From NCBI GenBank assembly GCA_030674455.1, contig JAUSGQ010000044.1, positions 13,080 to 77,079 of the forward strand: a stretch of DNA of 64,000 bases, in the 5' to 3' direction. Shown here piece by piece: positions 7,585 through 17,985 of this stretch. The stretch is from a bacterium. Lineage in GTDB: Bacteria; Patescibacteriota; Minisyncoccia; Phycocordibacterales; UBA2100. Under the pieces are notes generated by a model, which ran no database searches, was not told the origin of the DNA, and saw only the letters and a list, made by a program, of their open reading frames with translations. The position numbers were made by a program, and so were the translations under genes. The stretch's first letter is position 1. Each line of letters begins with the position of its first letter.

Positions 7585-8934
7585 TTAATTCACTTTGATT
7601 TGTTGCTCAAGCTCTGATACCGAAACCCGCTCCTGCTTACCCGTGTCGCGGTCGCGCACCGTCACGGTATCATCCTCGAGTGTCTGGAAATCAATGGTGA
7701 TGCAAACAGGCGTTCCTATCTCATCCTGCCGGCGATAACGCTTGCCGATGTTGCCGTTGTCGTCCCACATGATTTGCGGGACATTTTTCTTGAGACTCGT
7801 GTATACTTCGCGTGCTTTCGCGACAAGTTCCGGCTTATTTTTCAGCAAAGGAAACACGGCCGCTTTCACCGGAGCTACGGCCGGATTGAATTTGAGATAC
7901 GTCCTTGCTTCCTTTCCTAATGTGTCCTCCGTATACGCCGTTTGAAGTACTGCCAATATAATCCGCTCGACGCCGAACGAAGGCTCAATGACATGAGGAA
8001 TGAATTTGCCTTCCCCTTCTTCCAAATACTTGAGTTCAACTCCGCTCGAAGCTTCGTGTCTTGATAAGTCGAAATCCGTCCGGTATGCAAGACCGAACAG
8101 TTCTTTGCGTCCGAACGGAAAATCAAATTCAAAATCAATTGTTCTCTTGGAGTAGTGCGCGCGGTCTTCGGGCGATACTTCCAGTTCGTGAATAGAAGAT
8201 TTTTCTACCCCGATGCTTTTTAGGAAACCGAGAGACTGCTCGCGCCATATTTCAAAGCTCTCTTTCCATTCTTTCTCCCGAACAAAATATTCAATTTCCA
8301 TCTGCTCAAATTCGCGCGCGCGGAAAACGAAATCACGCGGGGCTATTTCGTTCCTGAATGCTTTGCCTATCTGTGCCATGCCGAACGGAAGCTTCGGATG
8401 GAACGAGTCGATAATGTTTTTAAAGTTGACGAATATTCCGCCGGCTGTTTCCGGACGCAGGTACGACGTTGATGATTCATCCTCCGTTGGGCCGACGTAC
8501 GTCTTAAACATCATGTTGAATTGGCGTACTTCAAACTTTTCATTATCTGCTCCGCAATTTTCACAAACCCATTTTTCTTTTCCAGCCAAAATCTTTCCCA
8601 GCTCGTTTTTTTGATACTTAATGCTCACGTGGTCTGCTCGGAATCGCCTCTTGCATTTCTTGCATTCCACCACGGGGTCGGAAAATCCGGCCACGTGGCC
8701 GCTCGCCTCCCACGCCTTCTTTTGCATGATGATTGCCGCGTCGACTCCGTACATATCGTCGCGCTCCTGCACGAACATTCTCCACCAGAGATTCTTGATA
8801 TTATTTTTTAGTTCCAACCCAAGCGGGCCGTAATCCCAGAACCCCGAAAGCCCGCCGTAAATCTCGGAGCCAGGATATATGAACCCACGCCTCTTAGCGA
8901 GCGACACTATCTTTTCCATTGTGACTTCAGTCAT
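7585..8934 (-). CDS. glyQS: glycine--tRNA ligase (class II, GlyQS type)
   Basis: N-terminus RRGFIYPGSEIYGGLSGFWDYGPLG is diagnostic, plus class-II motifs. Confidence 0.9.
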   Translation of the reverse strand: MTEVTMEKIVSLAKRRGFIYPGSEIYGGLSGFWDYGPLGLELKNNIKNLWWRMFVQERDDMYGVDAAIIMQKKAWEASGHVAGFSDPVVECKKCKRRFRADHVSIKYQKNELGKILAGKEKWVCENCGADNEKFEVRQFNMMFKTYVGPTEDESSTSYLRPETAGGIFVNFKNIIDSFHPKLPFGMAQIGKAFRNEIAPRDFVFRAREFEQMEIEYFVREKEWKESFEIWREQSLGFLKSIGVEKSSIHELEVSPEDRAHYSKRTIDFEFDFPFGRKELFGLAYRTDFDLSRHEASSGVELKYLEEGEGKFIPHVIEPSFGVERIILAVLQTAYTEDTLGKEARTYLKFNPAVAPVKAAVFPLLKNKPELVAKAREVYTSLKKNVPQIMWDDNGNIGKRYRRQDEIGTPVCITIDFQTLEDDTVTVRDRDTGKQERVSVSELEQQIKVN

Positions 8935-8935
8935 A

Positions 8936-9045
8936 GCATTAGTATTCTGTATTTTGTATTCCGTATTCAGTATATTGAACTGGAACCTTTGAATCTCCTA
9001 GTGTGGCCATACTGAATACTGTATACCGAATACCGCATACTGCAT
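8936..9045. repeat. large imperfect hairpin of GTATTCN heptad repeats (..GTATTCAGTAT ... ATACTGAATAC..) upstream of glyS
   Basis: Left arm agtattctgtattttgtattccgtattcagtat; right arm atactgaatactgtataccgaataccgcatactgca. Related copy at 36322..36396. Confidence 0.6.
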
Positions 9046-9048
9046 TTT

Positions 9049-11034
9049 CTACCTAACTACCACCGATTCCGTCGAACTAAATCCCGGGTCGCTCATCAGA
9101 TTGGTCGTTACATCTCTAGCCGTTCGAGAAACATCCGCGCCTGTCGCGGCATCGGTTCCCGTAAATGAAATGTTCTGCAAGATTACTGGCTGTGTCCCTA
9201 TCTGGCTCGTGGAAGGGGTAAACCCTATGGCAATTGCCGCCTGCCTCGGAGGCGCGCCGTTCACTCCCACCCCCGGCTCTATGTCGCCGATATTCCACGT
9301 AACTGAACCGTCATCCCTGTTGAACGTGATTTTTTCCGAGAGCGGTAAATACATCGCTGGCCCGAGCGAACGGATGTAGCTGGGCATGACTGCCGTAAGT
9401 TTGGCGTCAGTTATCTTGCTCGTGGTGTTGGTCACGACAAAACGTATCGCATACGTGGTCTCTTTTCCTGTTTGCGGCGGAACGCTGCCCGAAGAGCCGA
9501 ATGGATTGTTATGGTAGTACCCTTCAGCGGCAATGCCGAGGTCGCTTGCCACTTTTATAGTTTTGGAAACCGTGGATTGAAGACTTTCCGAAACCCCCGA
9601 TTCCGAGAGGCGTTTGCCCGCGGCGTGGACCGTGATGCTCAAACTTGGTTCTCTTATTGTTTGTAAAATCTCGCTCGGCGGCATCTGGAAATTGAATCCT
9701 ACCGCTCCGCTACCTCCTCCCGCAACAATAGCTAGCGTTCCTGAAGTGGTCGTCTTGTCCCACAGAACTGCATTGTCGGACGAGCGGTAAAATCCATCGT
9801 TAGATTTTACGGTTGTACCGTCTATCTCGAGACCCGAGAGGCGCGCGACTATGACTGCGTCTCTAATCTCCGTCGTTAAATTATTCTTCCATAGGACCGA
9901 TACGCCGACGTTGCCGCCGGGAGTAACGACAACGCTTCCATCGTTAGACCCGTTCACAGAAAGTGAAAGTCCCAAAAACGGTTTTGATATCGTTACGCGG
10001 AACGGCGATTCCGAAAACACCGTATCTATTCCCGAACTGTCTTTTGCTTTGCGCGTGCCGGCGGCGACCCGAAAGACACGCTCGTCTCCCGACTCGCCGA
10101 TGAGTGTGCCGCTCAATGTTATGAGAACGGATTTCCCCGGCATGATGTCTCCAATCTCCCAGACCCCTTCTTTTGCCTGTCGCGGACTTGCAGAGGAGAA
10201 CGCAAAGCCGAACGGGTATCCGATACTAAGAATGGCGTCTTTTATCGGGGCTGTTGCGTTGGAAGTGACGGTCACGGTAAGAGATGTCGGCTGTCCCGAA
10301 ACAATTTCGGAATTCCCGTCAATCGTTATAGCGAGAGGACTCGAACTGAATACAAGGTCATAATCCTGCGATTCAGCGACAAAAACCGCGCTTGAACCCG
10401 TAACTCGATACTCAAGCTGGGCTTTTAGGTTGGCTTGTCCTCCTTCCGCGCCCGCAAATACAGCTCGTATCGGAACATTCACAACGCCTCCGGAATTAAT
10501 AACCCCGATGGAAATTCTCTGGCTCGGCATATCGGTCGAACTATTCGGCGACGAGCGCGTTCCCGGAGGATACAGAACGACGAGGTCGGCAAGTTCAAGC
10601 CCGGATTTATTCTGATTGGAGACAGTAATTTGAAGCGTCGTCGGTTCGCCTCCGGAAACGCGCGAGGGTCCGGAAATCGTTATGCCGATATTGCCTGCAG
10701 ATCCCTGCGAAGCGCCTCCTCCTATCGTGAAATAGTATGCAAGGAATCCCGCAACACCGATAAAAAATGCGATGAGAGCGATGCCGAGCCACCGCGCGAC
10801 ACTTCTCCACTCCAGGTACCGAGGGGCGACCGTAGTGCCTTGCAGTTGGGGTTCCTGCCGTTTCCAATCTTCAGGCACAGATATTCCATCGTCTTCAAGA
10901 ACGCGCCTTTGATGCTCCTTCAATTTTGGAGAAAGGGAGCGCGAATACATCGCGCGGCGCAGGCGATTCATTTTCTCTTCGTCATTCGGCATAGGGTCTA
11001 CCATGTACTCAATAATACCAGAAATTCCAGTCAC
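9049..11034 (-). CDS. large membrane-anchored extracellular protein (hypothetical)
   Basis: 661 aa. Cytoplasmic N-terminus and one TM (GIALIAFFIGVAGFLAYYF), then a ~560-aa Thr/Ser/Gly/Val-rich beta-type ectodomain. Confidence 0.5.
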   Translation of the reverse strand: MTGISGIIEYMVDPMPNDEEKMNRLRRAMYSRSLSPKLKEHQRRVLEDDGISVPEDWKRQEPQLQGTTVAPRYLEWRSVARWLGIALIAFFIGVAGFLAYYFTIGGGASQGSAGNIGITISGPSRVSGGEPTTLQITVSNQNKSGLELADLVVLYPPGTRSSPNSSTDMPSQRISIGVINSGGVVNVPIRAVFAGAEGGQANLKAQLEYRVTGSSAVFVAESQDYDLVFSSSPLAITIDGNSEIVSGQPTSLTVTVTSNATAPIKDAILSIGYPFGFAFSSASPRQAKEGVWEIGDIMPGKSVLITLSGTLIGESGDERVFRVAAGTRKAKDSSGIDTVFSESPFRVTISKPFLGLSLSVNGSNDGSVVVTPGGNVGVSVLWKNNLTTEIRDAVIVARLSGLEIDGTTVKSNDGFYRSSDNAVLWDKTTTSGTLAIVAGGGSGAVGFNFQMPPSEILQTIREPSLSITVHAAGKRLSESGVSESLQSTVSKTIKVASDLGIAAEGYYHNNPFGSSGSVPPQTGKETTYAIRFVVTNTTSKITDAKLTAVMPSYIRSLGPAMYLPLSEKITFNRDDGSVTWNIGDIEPGVGVNGAPPRQAAIAIGFTPSTSQIGTQPVILQNISFTGTDAATGADVSRTARDVTTNLMSDPGFSSTESVVVR

Positions 11035-11101
11035 GTTTGTTTTTAAACTGCATGCTAGCGATATATACTGAAGGGGAGTTTATCAGTATAGATTCAATAT
11101 T

Positions 11102-11479
11102 ATGGAAATTCTACGATTGGTAACAAAAGCGTTTGCGATAGTCTTTTCTTTCATCTGGATATTGAGTCTTGTGATTTTCTTGTCCCCCACTGTATACCCA
11201 CCTATTGTAGGATTGATTGGCGGAGGAGGTCCTAGTAGTGGCATAGGTCTCGCTGGGGCTGGCCCTATTCCTACATTACTGGTGATTATTGTCAGTTTTG
11301 GCTGGCCATTTGTTTTGCTGAGCTGGGGATTCCATGGTGTTGTGGACGGATGGATAAAGAAAAGAAATGGGATTGAGCCCGTGTCACGAAATTACAATCG
11401 TCGCGTTCTTCTTGATGTCATTTTCCTAATCGCTTTTGTAATATGCATGTTTTTTGTTTTCCGATTTGGATTTGTTTGA
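11102..11479 (+). CDS. small Gly-rich membrane protein (hypothetical)
   Basis: 125 aa with 3-4 TM segments. Divergent from the large surface-protein gene. Confidence 0.35.
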   Translation: MEILRLVTKAFAIVFSFIWILSLVIFLSPTVYPPIVGLIGGGGPSSGIGLAGAGPIPTLLVIIVSFGWPFVLLSWGFHGVVDGWIKKRNGIEPVSRNYNRRVLLDVIFLIAFVICMFFVFRFGFV

Positions 11480-11514
11480 GATTCTTTGCTTGAAATCTGG
11501 TGCCTATTCCCTGC

Positions 11515-12090
11515 CTATAAGTGTGTTTCTGAAATGGCCTGATTGATGGATGAAAGAAGCTTTTCGCGTACAAGTTCGGCCTCGCGCAAATGTTCATCCG
11601 CGTATGCCGTGTGTGTAAGAAGAGCGCTTTTTAGCGCTTCATTGGAAATATATCCGAGCGCATAGAGAACACGCGCAACGCACACAAGTTCTATGGTCGC
11701 CCACGCTTCGCACTTCTCCTGCGCAAGGGTGGAGCGCGCTTCGCACAAAATATCGAAAAGCCCTTTGTTCGCCTCCTCTCCCGCGACAAACCGCACGACA
11801 AGTCCTGCGATGCGCGCGAATGCCTGCATGCCCTTTATGTCTCTCACTTTTGAACTTCCTAAAGCAGTTGCTCCCGCCAGGCGCCAGCCCTGCTTTCCTT
11901 TGACGAGAGAAATGCTTGCGAAAGAATAATTCTGCAGAGCATATCGCATTTTAGATTTTACCGAGCGGATTCCTCTGCCCCGCGCTCGCACAAGCCCGAA
12001 GTCGCGCGTGTAGAGCGCGAGCACGCGGTCTGATTCTCCGATTTCGCGGCTTGCGAGCACCAGCGCGTCGGTGTGATACTTTTGGTACAT
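11515..12090 (-). CDS. recO: DNA repair protein RecO (short form)
   Basis: N-terminal OB-fold signature (DALVLASREIGESDRVLALYTRDFG). Confidence 0.6.
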   Translation of the reverse strand: MYQKYHTDALVLASREIGESDRVLALYTRDFGLVRARGRGIRSVKSKMRYALQNYSFASISLVKGKQGWRLAGATALGSSKVRDIKGMQAFARIAGLVVRFVAGEEANKGLFDILCEARSTLAQEKCEAWATIELVCVARVLYALGYISNEALKSALLTHTAYADEHLREAELVREKLLSSINQAISETHL

Positions 12091-12094
12091 GCGG

Positions 12095-12130
12095 AGCAGG
12101 TTATAGGTTTTAGGTTATAGGTTTTAGGGA
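12095..12130 (-). promoter_or_regulatory. AGGTTATAGGTTTTAGG tandem motif between ileS stop and recO start (overlaps ileS last codons)
   Basis: aggttataggttttaggttataggttttaggg. Confidence 0.4.
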
Positions 12131-15094
12131 AATCTTTGTATTCGTTGCTTTTTGGATAGCATCGAGATTTTTTTCGATAACAGCACGGTTTTCTTGCGCG
12201 ACCGTAATGGAAACACTCCCGCGTTCTCCCGCTCTCATCTTTGCCGCTTTGCGTGCGTCTTGCACAAGGCGCACGACATCCCGCACAATTCCCTCTTCCT
12301 TTAACTCCGGCGTAAGTTCAATATCAAGCGATACAACGGATGTCCCGCCATCAGAGCTTTCCAACACGACTTCTTTTACGTTGACTTCATCGGCAATGAG
12401 CGGCGCCACATCCTTCCAAAAAGGAATTTCTGCCCCTTTGTGCTTTATGGTGAGCTTTGCGAGCGGCTGGCGAACTTTAATTCCCGCTTCTGAACGCTGC
12501 ATCAGAGCCATCGTGACAAAACCTCTTGCGGCCATCATGACGGCTAAAATTGCGGGCGCATCAAAATCAAGTTTCGGCATTTCCGGCCACGACGCGAGGT
12601 GTACGCTCTCCTCGTCTTCTTCCTCGCGAACATCCTGGAACAAATGCTCGGCAAGAAACGGCATAGACGGAGCAATGACCCGCGAGAGCGTGTGGAGCAC
12701 ATATCGCAATGTTGCGAGAGCGGCCTTTTTGTCTGCTCCGTCCTCTTTAATTCGAACGCGCGAGCGGCGCAAGTACCAAACGGAAAGGTCGTCAATAAAA
12801 AGCGCGAGCGGACGCACCGCCTTGTCCAACTGATACTTTTCATATCCTTCGGTAGTTTCTCCTATCAAAGCCGCGAGGCGGGTTAGAATCCATCTGTCCA
12901 AAATATTCGTACTCTTATAGTCGCGCGGGGTATCGTTTTCATAAAGTTTATAAAACGCGAGTACATTATTGAGCCGTCCGATATTTTTCTTTGCGACTTC
13001 ATTCACTCCGCTTTCCGCAAAGCACAAGTTTTCGGCTTGCACGACTGGCGATGATAATAGATAGAGCCGTAACGCGTCCGCGCCGTATTTATCAACAACC
13101 TCCATCGGGTCGGGATAATTATTGAGCTTTTTCGACATTTTCTTGCCGTCTTCGGCCATGACGATGCCTGTCACGATGCAGTGCTTGAATGCCTCCTTGT
13201 CGAAGAGCGCGCCCATGAGTACGTGCTGGTAGTAAAACCACGCGCGGCACTGGTCCTGCGCCTCGGCGATGAAATCAGCAGGTACGCGTTTTTTTAACGT
13301 CGCTTCGTTTTCCTTCGGGTAGTGGAGAATAGCAAACGGCACCGAGCCGGAATCAAACCATGTGTCCAGCACATCAGGAATCCTCTTCATTTTTCCGCCA
13401 CACTCGCACGATACCGTAATCTCATCAACAACATCCTTGTGAAGGTCTGTAACTTTTGTCCCGCTCGCTTTTTCTAGCTCTAGAGCAGAACCGAAAACTC
13501 GCTCCGCTTTGCACTTTTCGCATCTCCATATGGGAATGGTATTTGCCCAAAAGCGCTGGCGTGAAATTGACCAGTCGCGCGCGCCTTTGAGCCATTCGCC
13601 GAACCTTCCATCCTTGATGTGCGCCGGAGACCATTCGATATTTTCCGCAGTTTTCAAGAGTTTGTCTTTGATTTTCGTGACCGCAACAAACCACGAGGAT
13701 GTGGCATAGTTGAGAAGCGGCGTATCACAGCGCCAACAATGCGGATATGAGTGCGTAATATTTTCTTTTAAAAAGAGTGTTCCATGTTCCTGCAAATATT
13801 TCAGTATCGCAATATCCGCGCCAAGCCGAACCTTATCGTCTTCAGATTGAGGTTTAACCTCAATTCCCGCGAAATCAGCCACTTCCGGCCTGAATGTTCC
13901 GTCCATATTGACATGCTGAACGAATGGCAAATTCTTTTCTTTGCCAAGGGCCATGTCGTCTTCACCGAAAGCAGGAGCGATATGCACGATGCCGGTTCCC
14001 GTTTCTGTCGTCACGAAGTCTGCGGCATAAACTTTCCAACCGTTCTCGCGATTCTTGAGCGATTCATCTTTTGAGTAGTAATCAAAGAGAGGTTCGTATT
14101 CAAGGCCGACAAGTGCGTTTCCTTTTATTTTTTGCTTTATCTCAAATCTTTCTGGCACTCTTTCAAGCGCAACAATGTACTGTTCATCGTCATTCAACGA
14201 CATTCCAACATTCTCAAGAATGTTGGAATGTTCCGAGGAAATGGCGGAGGTGAGCGCATATGTAATATCAGCTCCAACCGCAAGAGCAACGTTCCCGGGC
14301 AGAGTCCACGGAGTCGTCGTCCACGCGAGTAGGTACACTTCGCCTTTCAATCCGAGCTTTTCCGGATTCTTTACCTTGAACTTTACCGTCACGGAAATAT
14401 CCTTCACATCCTTGTACCCGTCAGCAACTTCGCCCTGGCTCAATGTCGTCTCACAGCGCGGGCAAATGTGCATCGAGCGATAACTTTCGTAAATAAGTCC
14501 GTCGTCATAGAGCTTCTTGAAAGCCCACCACTCGCTCTCCATGTAGGCGAAGTCCATCGTGCGGTATGGATTCTCCATGTCGGCCCATCGGCCGAAGCGC
14601 GGAATGATGCGCTCCCATTCGTGAATGAATGTGAATATGCGCTCTCGGCAGAGGTCATTAAATTTCTTCACGCCCATCGCTACGATGTCTTTCTTCGATT
14701 TTGTGCCTATTTCTTTTTCGACGATGTTTTCGATAGGAAGCCCGTGGCAGTCCCAACCCCACTGACGCTCGACGTGAAATCCCTGCATCGTTTTATAGCG
14801 CGGAATTACGTCTTTAACCGCGCTCTGCAGAAGATGCCCGTAGTGCGGAAGCCCTGTAGCAAAAGGCGGGCCATCATAAAAAACGTAGTCGCCCTTTGGC
14901 GCGCTTCGCTCAAGCGATTTCTTGAAAATGTCATTTTTGAGCCAAAACTCCAAAATAGTTTCCTCGCGCAACGCTGTCTCGGATTTCTTCCCTTGCCCTC
15001 CTGTAGCTTTACTGTGTCCGTCCGTAGCCTTGTGCGGAGGAGGAGCGGAGGAGGGCTCGCGCTTCGCAGTTTCGCTCTTTGGAACCTCTTTCAT
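12110..15094 (-). CDS. ileS: isoleucine--tRNA ligase
   Basis: 994 aa with HYGH, KMSKK and an editing domain. The ~45-aa low-complexity N-terminal extension may be upstream of the true start. Confidence 0.9.
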   Translation of the reverse strand: MKEVPKSETAKREPSSAPPPHKATDGHSKATGGQGKKSETALREETILEFWLKNDIFKKSLERSAPKGDYVFYDGPPFATGLPHYGHLLQSAVKDVIPRYKTMQGFHVERQWGWDCHGLPIENIVEKEIGTKSKKDIVAMGVKKFNDLCRERIFTFIHEWERIIPRFGRWADMENPYRTMDFAYMESEWWAFKKLYDDGLIYESYRSMHICPRCETTLSQGEVADGYKDVKDISVTVKFKVKNPEKLGLKGEVYLLAWTTTPWTLPGNVALAVGADITYALTSAISSEHSNILENVGMSLNDDEQYIVALERVPERFEIKQKIKGNALVGLEYEPLFDYYSKDESLKNRENGWKVYAADFVTTETGTGIVHIAPAFGEDDMALGKEKNLPFVQHVNMDGTFRPEVADFAGIEVKPQSEDDKVRLGADIAILKYLQEHGTLFLKENITHSYPHCWRCDTPLLNYATSSWFVAVTKIKDKLLKTAENIEWSPAHIKDGRFGEWLKGARDWSISRQRFWANTIPIWRCEKCKAERVFGSALELEKASGTKVTDLHKDVVDEITVSCECGGKMKRIPDVLDTWFDSGSVPFAILHYPKENEATLKKRVPADFIAEAQDQCRAWFYYQHVLMGALFDKEAFKHCIVTGIVMAEDGKKMSKKLNNYPDPMEVVDKYGADALRLYLLSSPVVQAENLCFAESGVNEVAKKNIGRLNNVLAFYKLYENDTPRDYKSTNILDRWILTRLAALIGETTEGYEKYQLDKAVRPLALFIDDLSVWYLRRSRVRIKEDGADKKAALATLRYVLHTLSRVIAPSMPFLAEHLFQDVREEEDEESVHLASWPEMPKLDFDAPAILAVMMAARGFVTMALMQRSEAGIKVRQPLAKLTIKHKGAEIPFWKDVAPLIADEVNVKEVVLESSDGGTSVVSLDIELTPELKEEGIVRDVVRLVQDARKAAKMRAGERGSVSITVAQENRAVIEKNLDAIQKATNTKISLKPIT

Positions 15095-15152
15095 CGCTCT
15101 ATCCTAGCAGAAAAACCGCTATTCTGCGGGTTTAACTCTTTTCTAACAGCCA

Positions 15153-15374
15153 TTATGCGACGACTGTCGAAACTGGAATGCCGGAGCGAATAGTTTTATT
15201 GATACTTTTGCGCGGCATCTGCGAGGAAACGAAAAGAATTTCGACGCCGAGTGCGCGGCCTTTTTTATCAACATCAACAAGAATTGAGTCGCTTATTTCA
15301 AGCGTTTTATAGACTTTCCCGTTCTTGACGCGAATATTCATGGCGTCAGCTTCTTTGTCGTATGTAGCTTTCAT
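15153..15374 (-). CDS. DUF2283 family protein (orphan)
   Basis: MKATYDKEADAMNIRV...DVDKKGRALGVEIL matches the DUF2283 pattern. No DUF4258 partner is adjacent. Confidence 0.5.
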   Translation of the reverse strand: MKATYDKEADAMNIRVKNGKVYKTLEISDSILVDVDKKGRALGVEILFVSSQMPRKSINKTIRSGIPVSTVVA

Positions 15375-15522
15375 AAGTAGTACGCGGTGATTATATATCC
15401 TATTTTGGTCAGCTCTCGCTATTGCAGTCTTTTGCAAAACACTAGCATAGAAAAGAGTGCGCAGAAAAACCGAAGTATGGTTAAATATCTCTTGTCACTC
15501 TTCCCAGCTTCAGCGAAAAGAA

Positions 15523-15580
15523 CCCTGTGGTTTTTAACGGTGCGGGTTCATCTTCCGTTAAAAACTACAGGGTCTTTGAG
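15523..15580 (-). terminator. possible terminator hairpin downstream of argS (ACCCTGTGGTTTTTAACGG / CCGTTAAAAACTACAGGGT)
   Basis: 18-bp stem with one mismatch; weak U-tract. Confidence 0.35.
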
Positions 15581-15586
15581 TACCTT

Positions 15587-17311
15587 TCACATCTTCTCCG
15601 GTGCGGAAATGCCCAGGAGCCACAGACCGTTCTTTAGCGTTGCGCGGACTGCGTCGACTATCGCGACTTTGTGCGGTGCTTCTTTTGTTCCGTCCAAAAT
15701 ATGGACCTGTGCGTACCAACTATTGAACGCACCTGCGAGCCCAATGAGATAATTCACGAGAAGATGCGGTTCAAGTTCGTTCGCCGCATACAAGACAACT
15801 TCCGGAAAGCGTGTGACAAGGCGAGAGACATCCGCCTGCGCCAAGGCTCCGGCGGACAAGTCATTCGGCCATGCCTTTATATCCAACTTTGGTTTTATTC
15901 CTTCCGCGTGCGCTCTTTCAACTACCTGCTTTGCCCGCGCGTGCGCATATTGCAAGTACGGCCCCGAATCGCCTTCAAGAGAAAGTGCGCGCTCACGGTC
16001 AAATATTATGTCTCTGCCCGATGCCTGCCTCAAGATTTGATACTTAATGGCGGATATTGCTATCTGCTCCGCGAGCTGTGCGGGATTGTCCGAGCGGCTC
16101 ACTTTAGCTCGCGCGGTCGCACGTTCCTTTAGCTCCTCTATAAGCGACTCGCCAGTTATCACAACGCCTGTGCGTGATGACATCTTGCCGGAAGTGAGCC
16201 GCATCATGCCGTGCGATACGTGCTTCACTTTTGACGCAAGTTCCGGCAAAACTTCGCCGAGCGCCGCTTTAACCACCTGGAAATATTCGTTCTGCTCGTT
16301 GGCGGTTATCGTTACGGATTCGTCAAACGGCCACTTTTCCGCTTTCATTTCCAAAAGGCCGAGCTCTTTTGCTTCGTATGTCGGCAATCCGCGCGAAGTG
16401 ATGAACACACGGGTGTGCAGGCCGTGCCTCTCGCCCTTAAAGACGATAGCGCCATCGCTTTCCGGAAATACGTCTTTATTGGCTCGCACAATTTCCATTC
16501 CTTTCGGCGCTGTTTCACCTTCAAAGAAATAAAAATCAAATTTTGTGCCAAGAGTCTTGTAGATTTCCTCGAAATGTTTGAGGGATGCCTCGCGTCCGGC
16601 GTCGTATATCGCGTTTATTTCTTTGTCGGAGCGGTCATAGATTTTTGAATTGAGCGCATCAATTTCCGATTTCACATTCGTGTCGCTTTCATACGCTTTT
16701 GCTCCTTCCGCATATGCCTTTCCCAAAACTTTGGCGTCATGGGCATCCCATCCGTTCTTTTGGATACTCCAAATTGCTTTTGCGACATGCGGGCCGACAT
16801 CGCCCTGATAATTCGCACGCTTCACCTCCGCGCCTGAATATTGCACGAGGCGCGAAATTGATTCGCCGATTGCATTGCTCATCAAATGCCCGATGTGGAA
16901 TTCCTTGAAAGGATTCGGGTCTGTGTACTCAACCATCACGCGCGAACCTTTTTGCGATTTATTCTTTCCCCATGCTTTCTCATTTGAAATCACTTCTTGC
17001 AAGACTGCGTTGATAGCGTCGGGCGTGAGACGAAAATTGATAAAACCCGGCTTCACGACTTCAACGCTTTTGACGCCGTCCAGTGTTCCCAATCCCGCAA
17101 CTATCTTTTCTGCAAGTTTGATGGGCGGCATGCCGATTTGCTTTGCATACTGCAAAGCCGCGCCCGTAGCATAATCACCATGCGAAAGCTCCTTCGGCCG
17201 CTCAAGCGACACATTTTCGGCAACAACTTTGATTCCGACCGTATCCAAAGAGCGCACAAGCCCTTTTCTGATTATTTCGGCGACCGACATATCGGAATTG
17301 TAACAGAACAC
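15587..17311 (-). CDS. argS: arginine--tRNA ligase
   Basis: Class-I HIGH (FHIGHLMSNAIGESISR), a DALR anticodon-binding C-terminus and an N-terminal Arg-tRNA add-on domain. The start may be MSVAEII (17290). Confidence 0.9.
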   Translation of the reverse strand: MFCYNSDMSVAEIIRKGLVRSLDTVGIKVVAENVSLERPKELSHGDYATGAALQYAKQIGMPPIKLAEKIVAGLGTLDGVKSVEVVKPGFINFRLTPDAINAVLQEVISNEKAWGKNKSQKGSRVMVEYTDPNPFKEFHIGHLMSNAIGESISRLVQYSGAEVKRANYQGDVGPHVAKAIWSIQKNGWDAHDAKVLGKAYAEGAKAYESDTNVKSEIDALNSKIYDRSDKEINAIYDAGREASLKHFEEIYKTLGTKFDFYFFEGETAPKGMEIVRANKDVFPESDGAIVFKGERHGLHTRVFITSRGLPTYEAKELGLLEMKAEKWPFDESVTITANEQNEYFQVVKAALGEVLPELASKVKHVSHGMMRLTSGKMSSRTGVVITGESLIEELKERATARAKVSRSDNPAQLAEQIAISAIKYQILRQASGRDIIFDRERALSLEGDSGPYLQYAHARAKQVVERAHAEGIKPKLDIKAWPNDLSAGALAQADVSRLVTRFPEVVLYAANELEPHLLVNYLIGLAGAFNSWYAQVHILDGTKEAPHKVAIVDAVRATLKNGLWLLGISAPEKM

Positions 17312-17934
17312 TACTGCAATATCTTTCGCGCGATGTTCCAGACATCCGCATCTACCTCCTCTTTCGTACGATTTGAATTCACAACGTGCGCACTCGGCCC
17401 GATTACCTTTGCGAACTTCTTAAAACCGCTTTGCACCCGTGCTTGGTATGCCCGGTCTTTTTCGTCAAAACGGTCTTTTTGCGGCTTACGGCCTGCACGG
17501 CGCTTCTCTGCCGCGAGAACCGGAATATCAAGGACGATGTATGCGTCCGGCTCAAATTTCCCCAAAACCGCTTTGCGCGCTTCCCAAAAAAGTTTCTCGA
17601 GTTCCGGATGTTTTTCGCCAACAATTTGAAAGGCAAATGTCGAGGAGTCAAAGCGATCGCAAATAACATCTCGGCCTTCGCGAAGCGCCGGTACAATTCG
17701 CTCCCGCATATGCTCCGCGCGCGCTGTCCAAAAAAGGAAGAACTGGGTTGCAACATCCGTGGTAGGAATAATGTCTCCCAAAAGCAGTTTCCGGATTTTT
17801 TCCCCGAGCGGCGTTCCGCCCGGCTCATGCGTAAGCACGGTTCCTTTCTTCATCCTCGCATGCAGAAGTTTCGCGTGAGTCGACTTTCCGCACCCTCCGA
17901 TGCCGTCTATCACAATGAATCTTCCCTTTCGCAT
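17311..17934 (-). CDS. tmk: thymidylate kinase
   Basis: P-loop IVIDGIGGCGKST and a DRF/LID region. Start trimmed to ATG 17932-17934. Confidence 0.85.
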   Translation of the reverse strand: MRKGRFIVIDGIGGCGKSTHAKLLHARMKKGTVLTHEPGGTPLGEKIRKLLLGDIIPTTDVATQFFLFWTARAEHMRERIVPALREGRDVICDRFDSSTFAFQIVGEKHPELEKLFWEARKAVLGKFEPDAYIVLDIPVLAAEKRRAGRKPQKDRFDEKDRAYQARVQSGFKKFAKVIGPSAHVVNSNRTKEEVDADVWNIARKILQ

Positions 17935-17985
17935 TTGTGGATTATGCGCTAAAGGCGAGTCGCGGTCGAGGCATAAGATATGCGT

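Noticed and set aside
12207-15193. Multiple 60-240-aa plus-strand ORFs inside ileS, argS and other large genes
   Set aside because: They are antisense to strongly supported synthetase genes and have low-complexity, Ser/Arg/Ala-rich composition typical of shadow ORFs.
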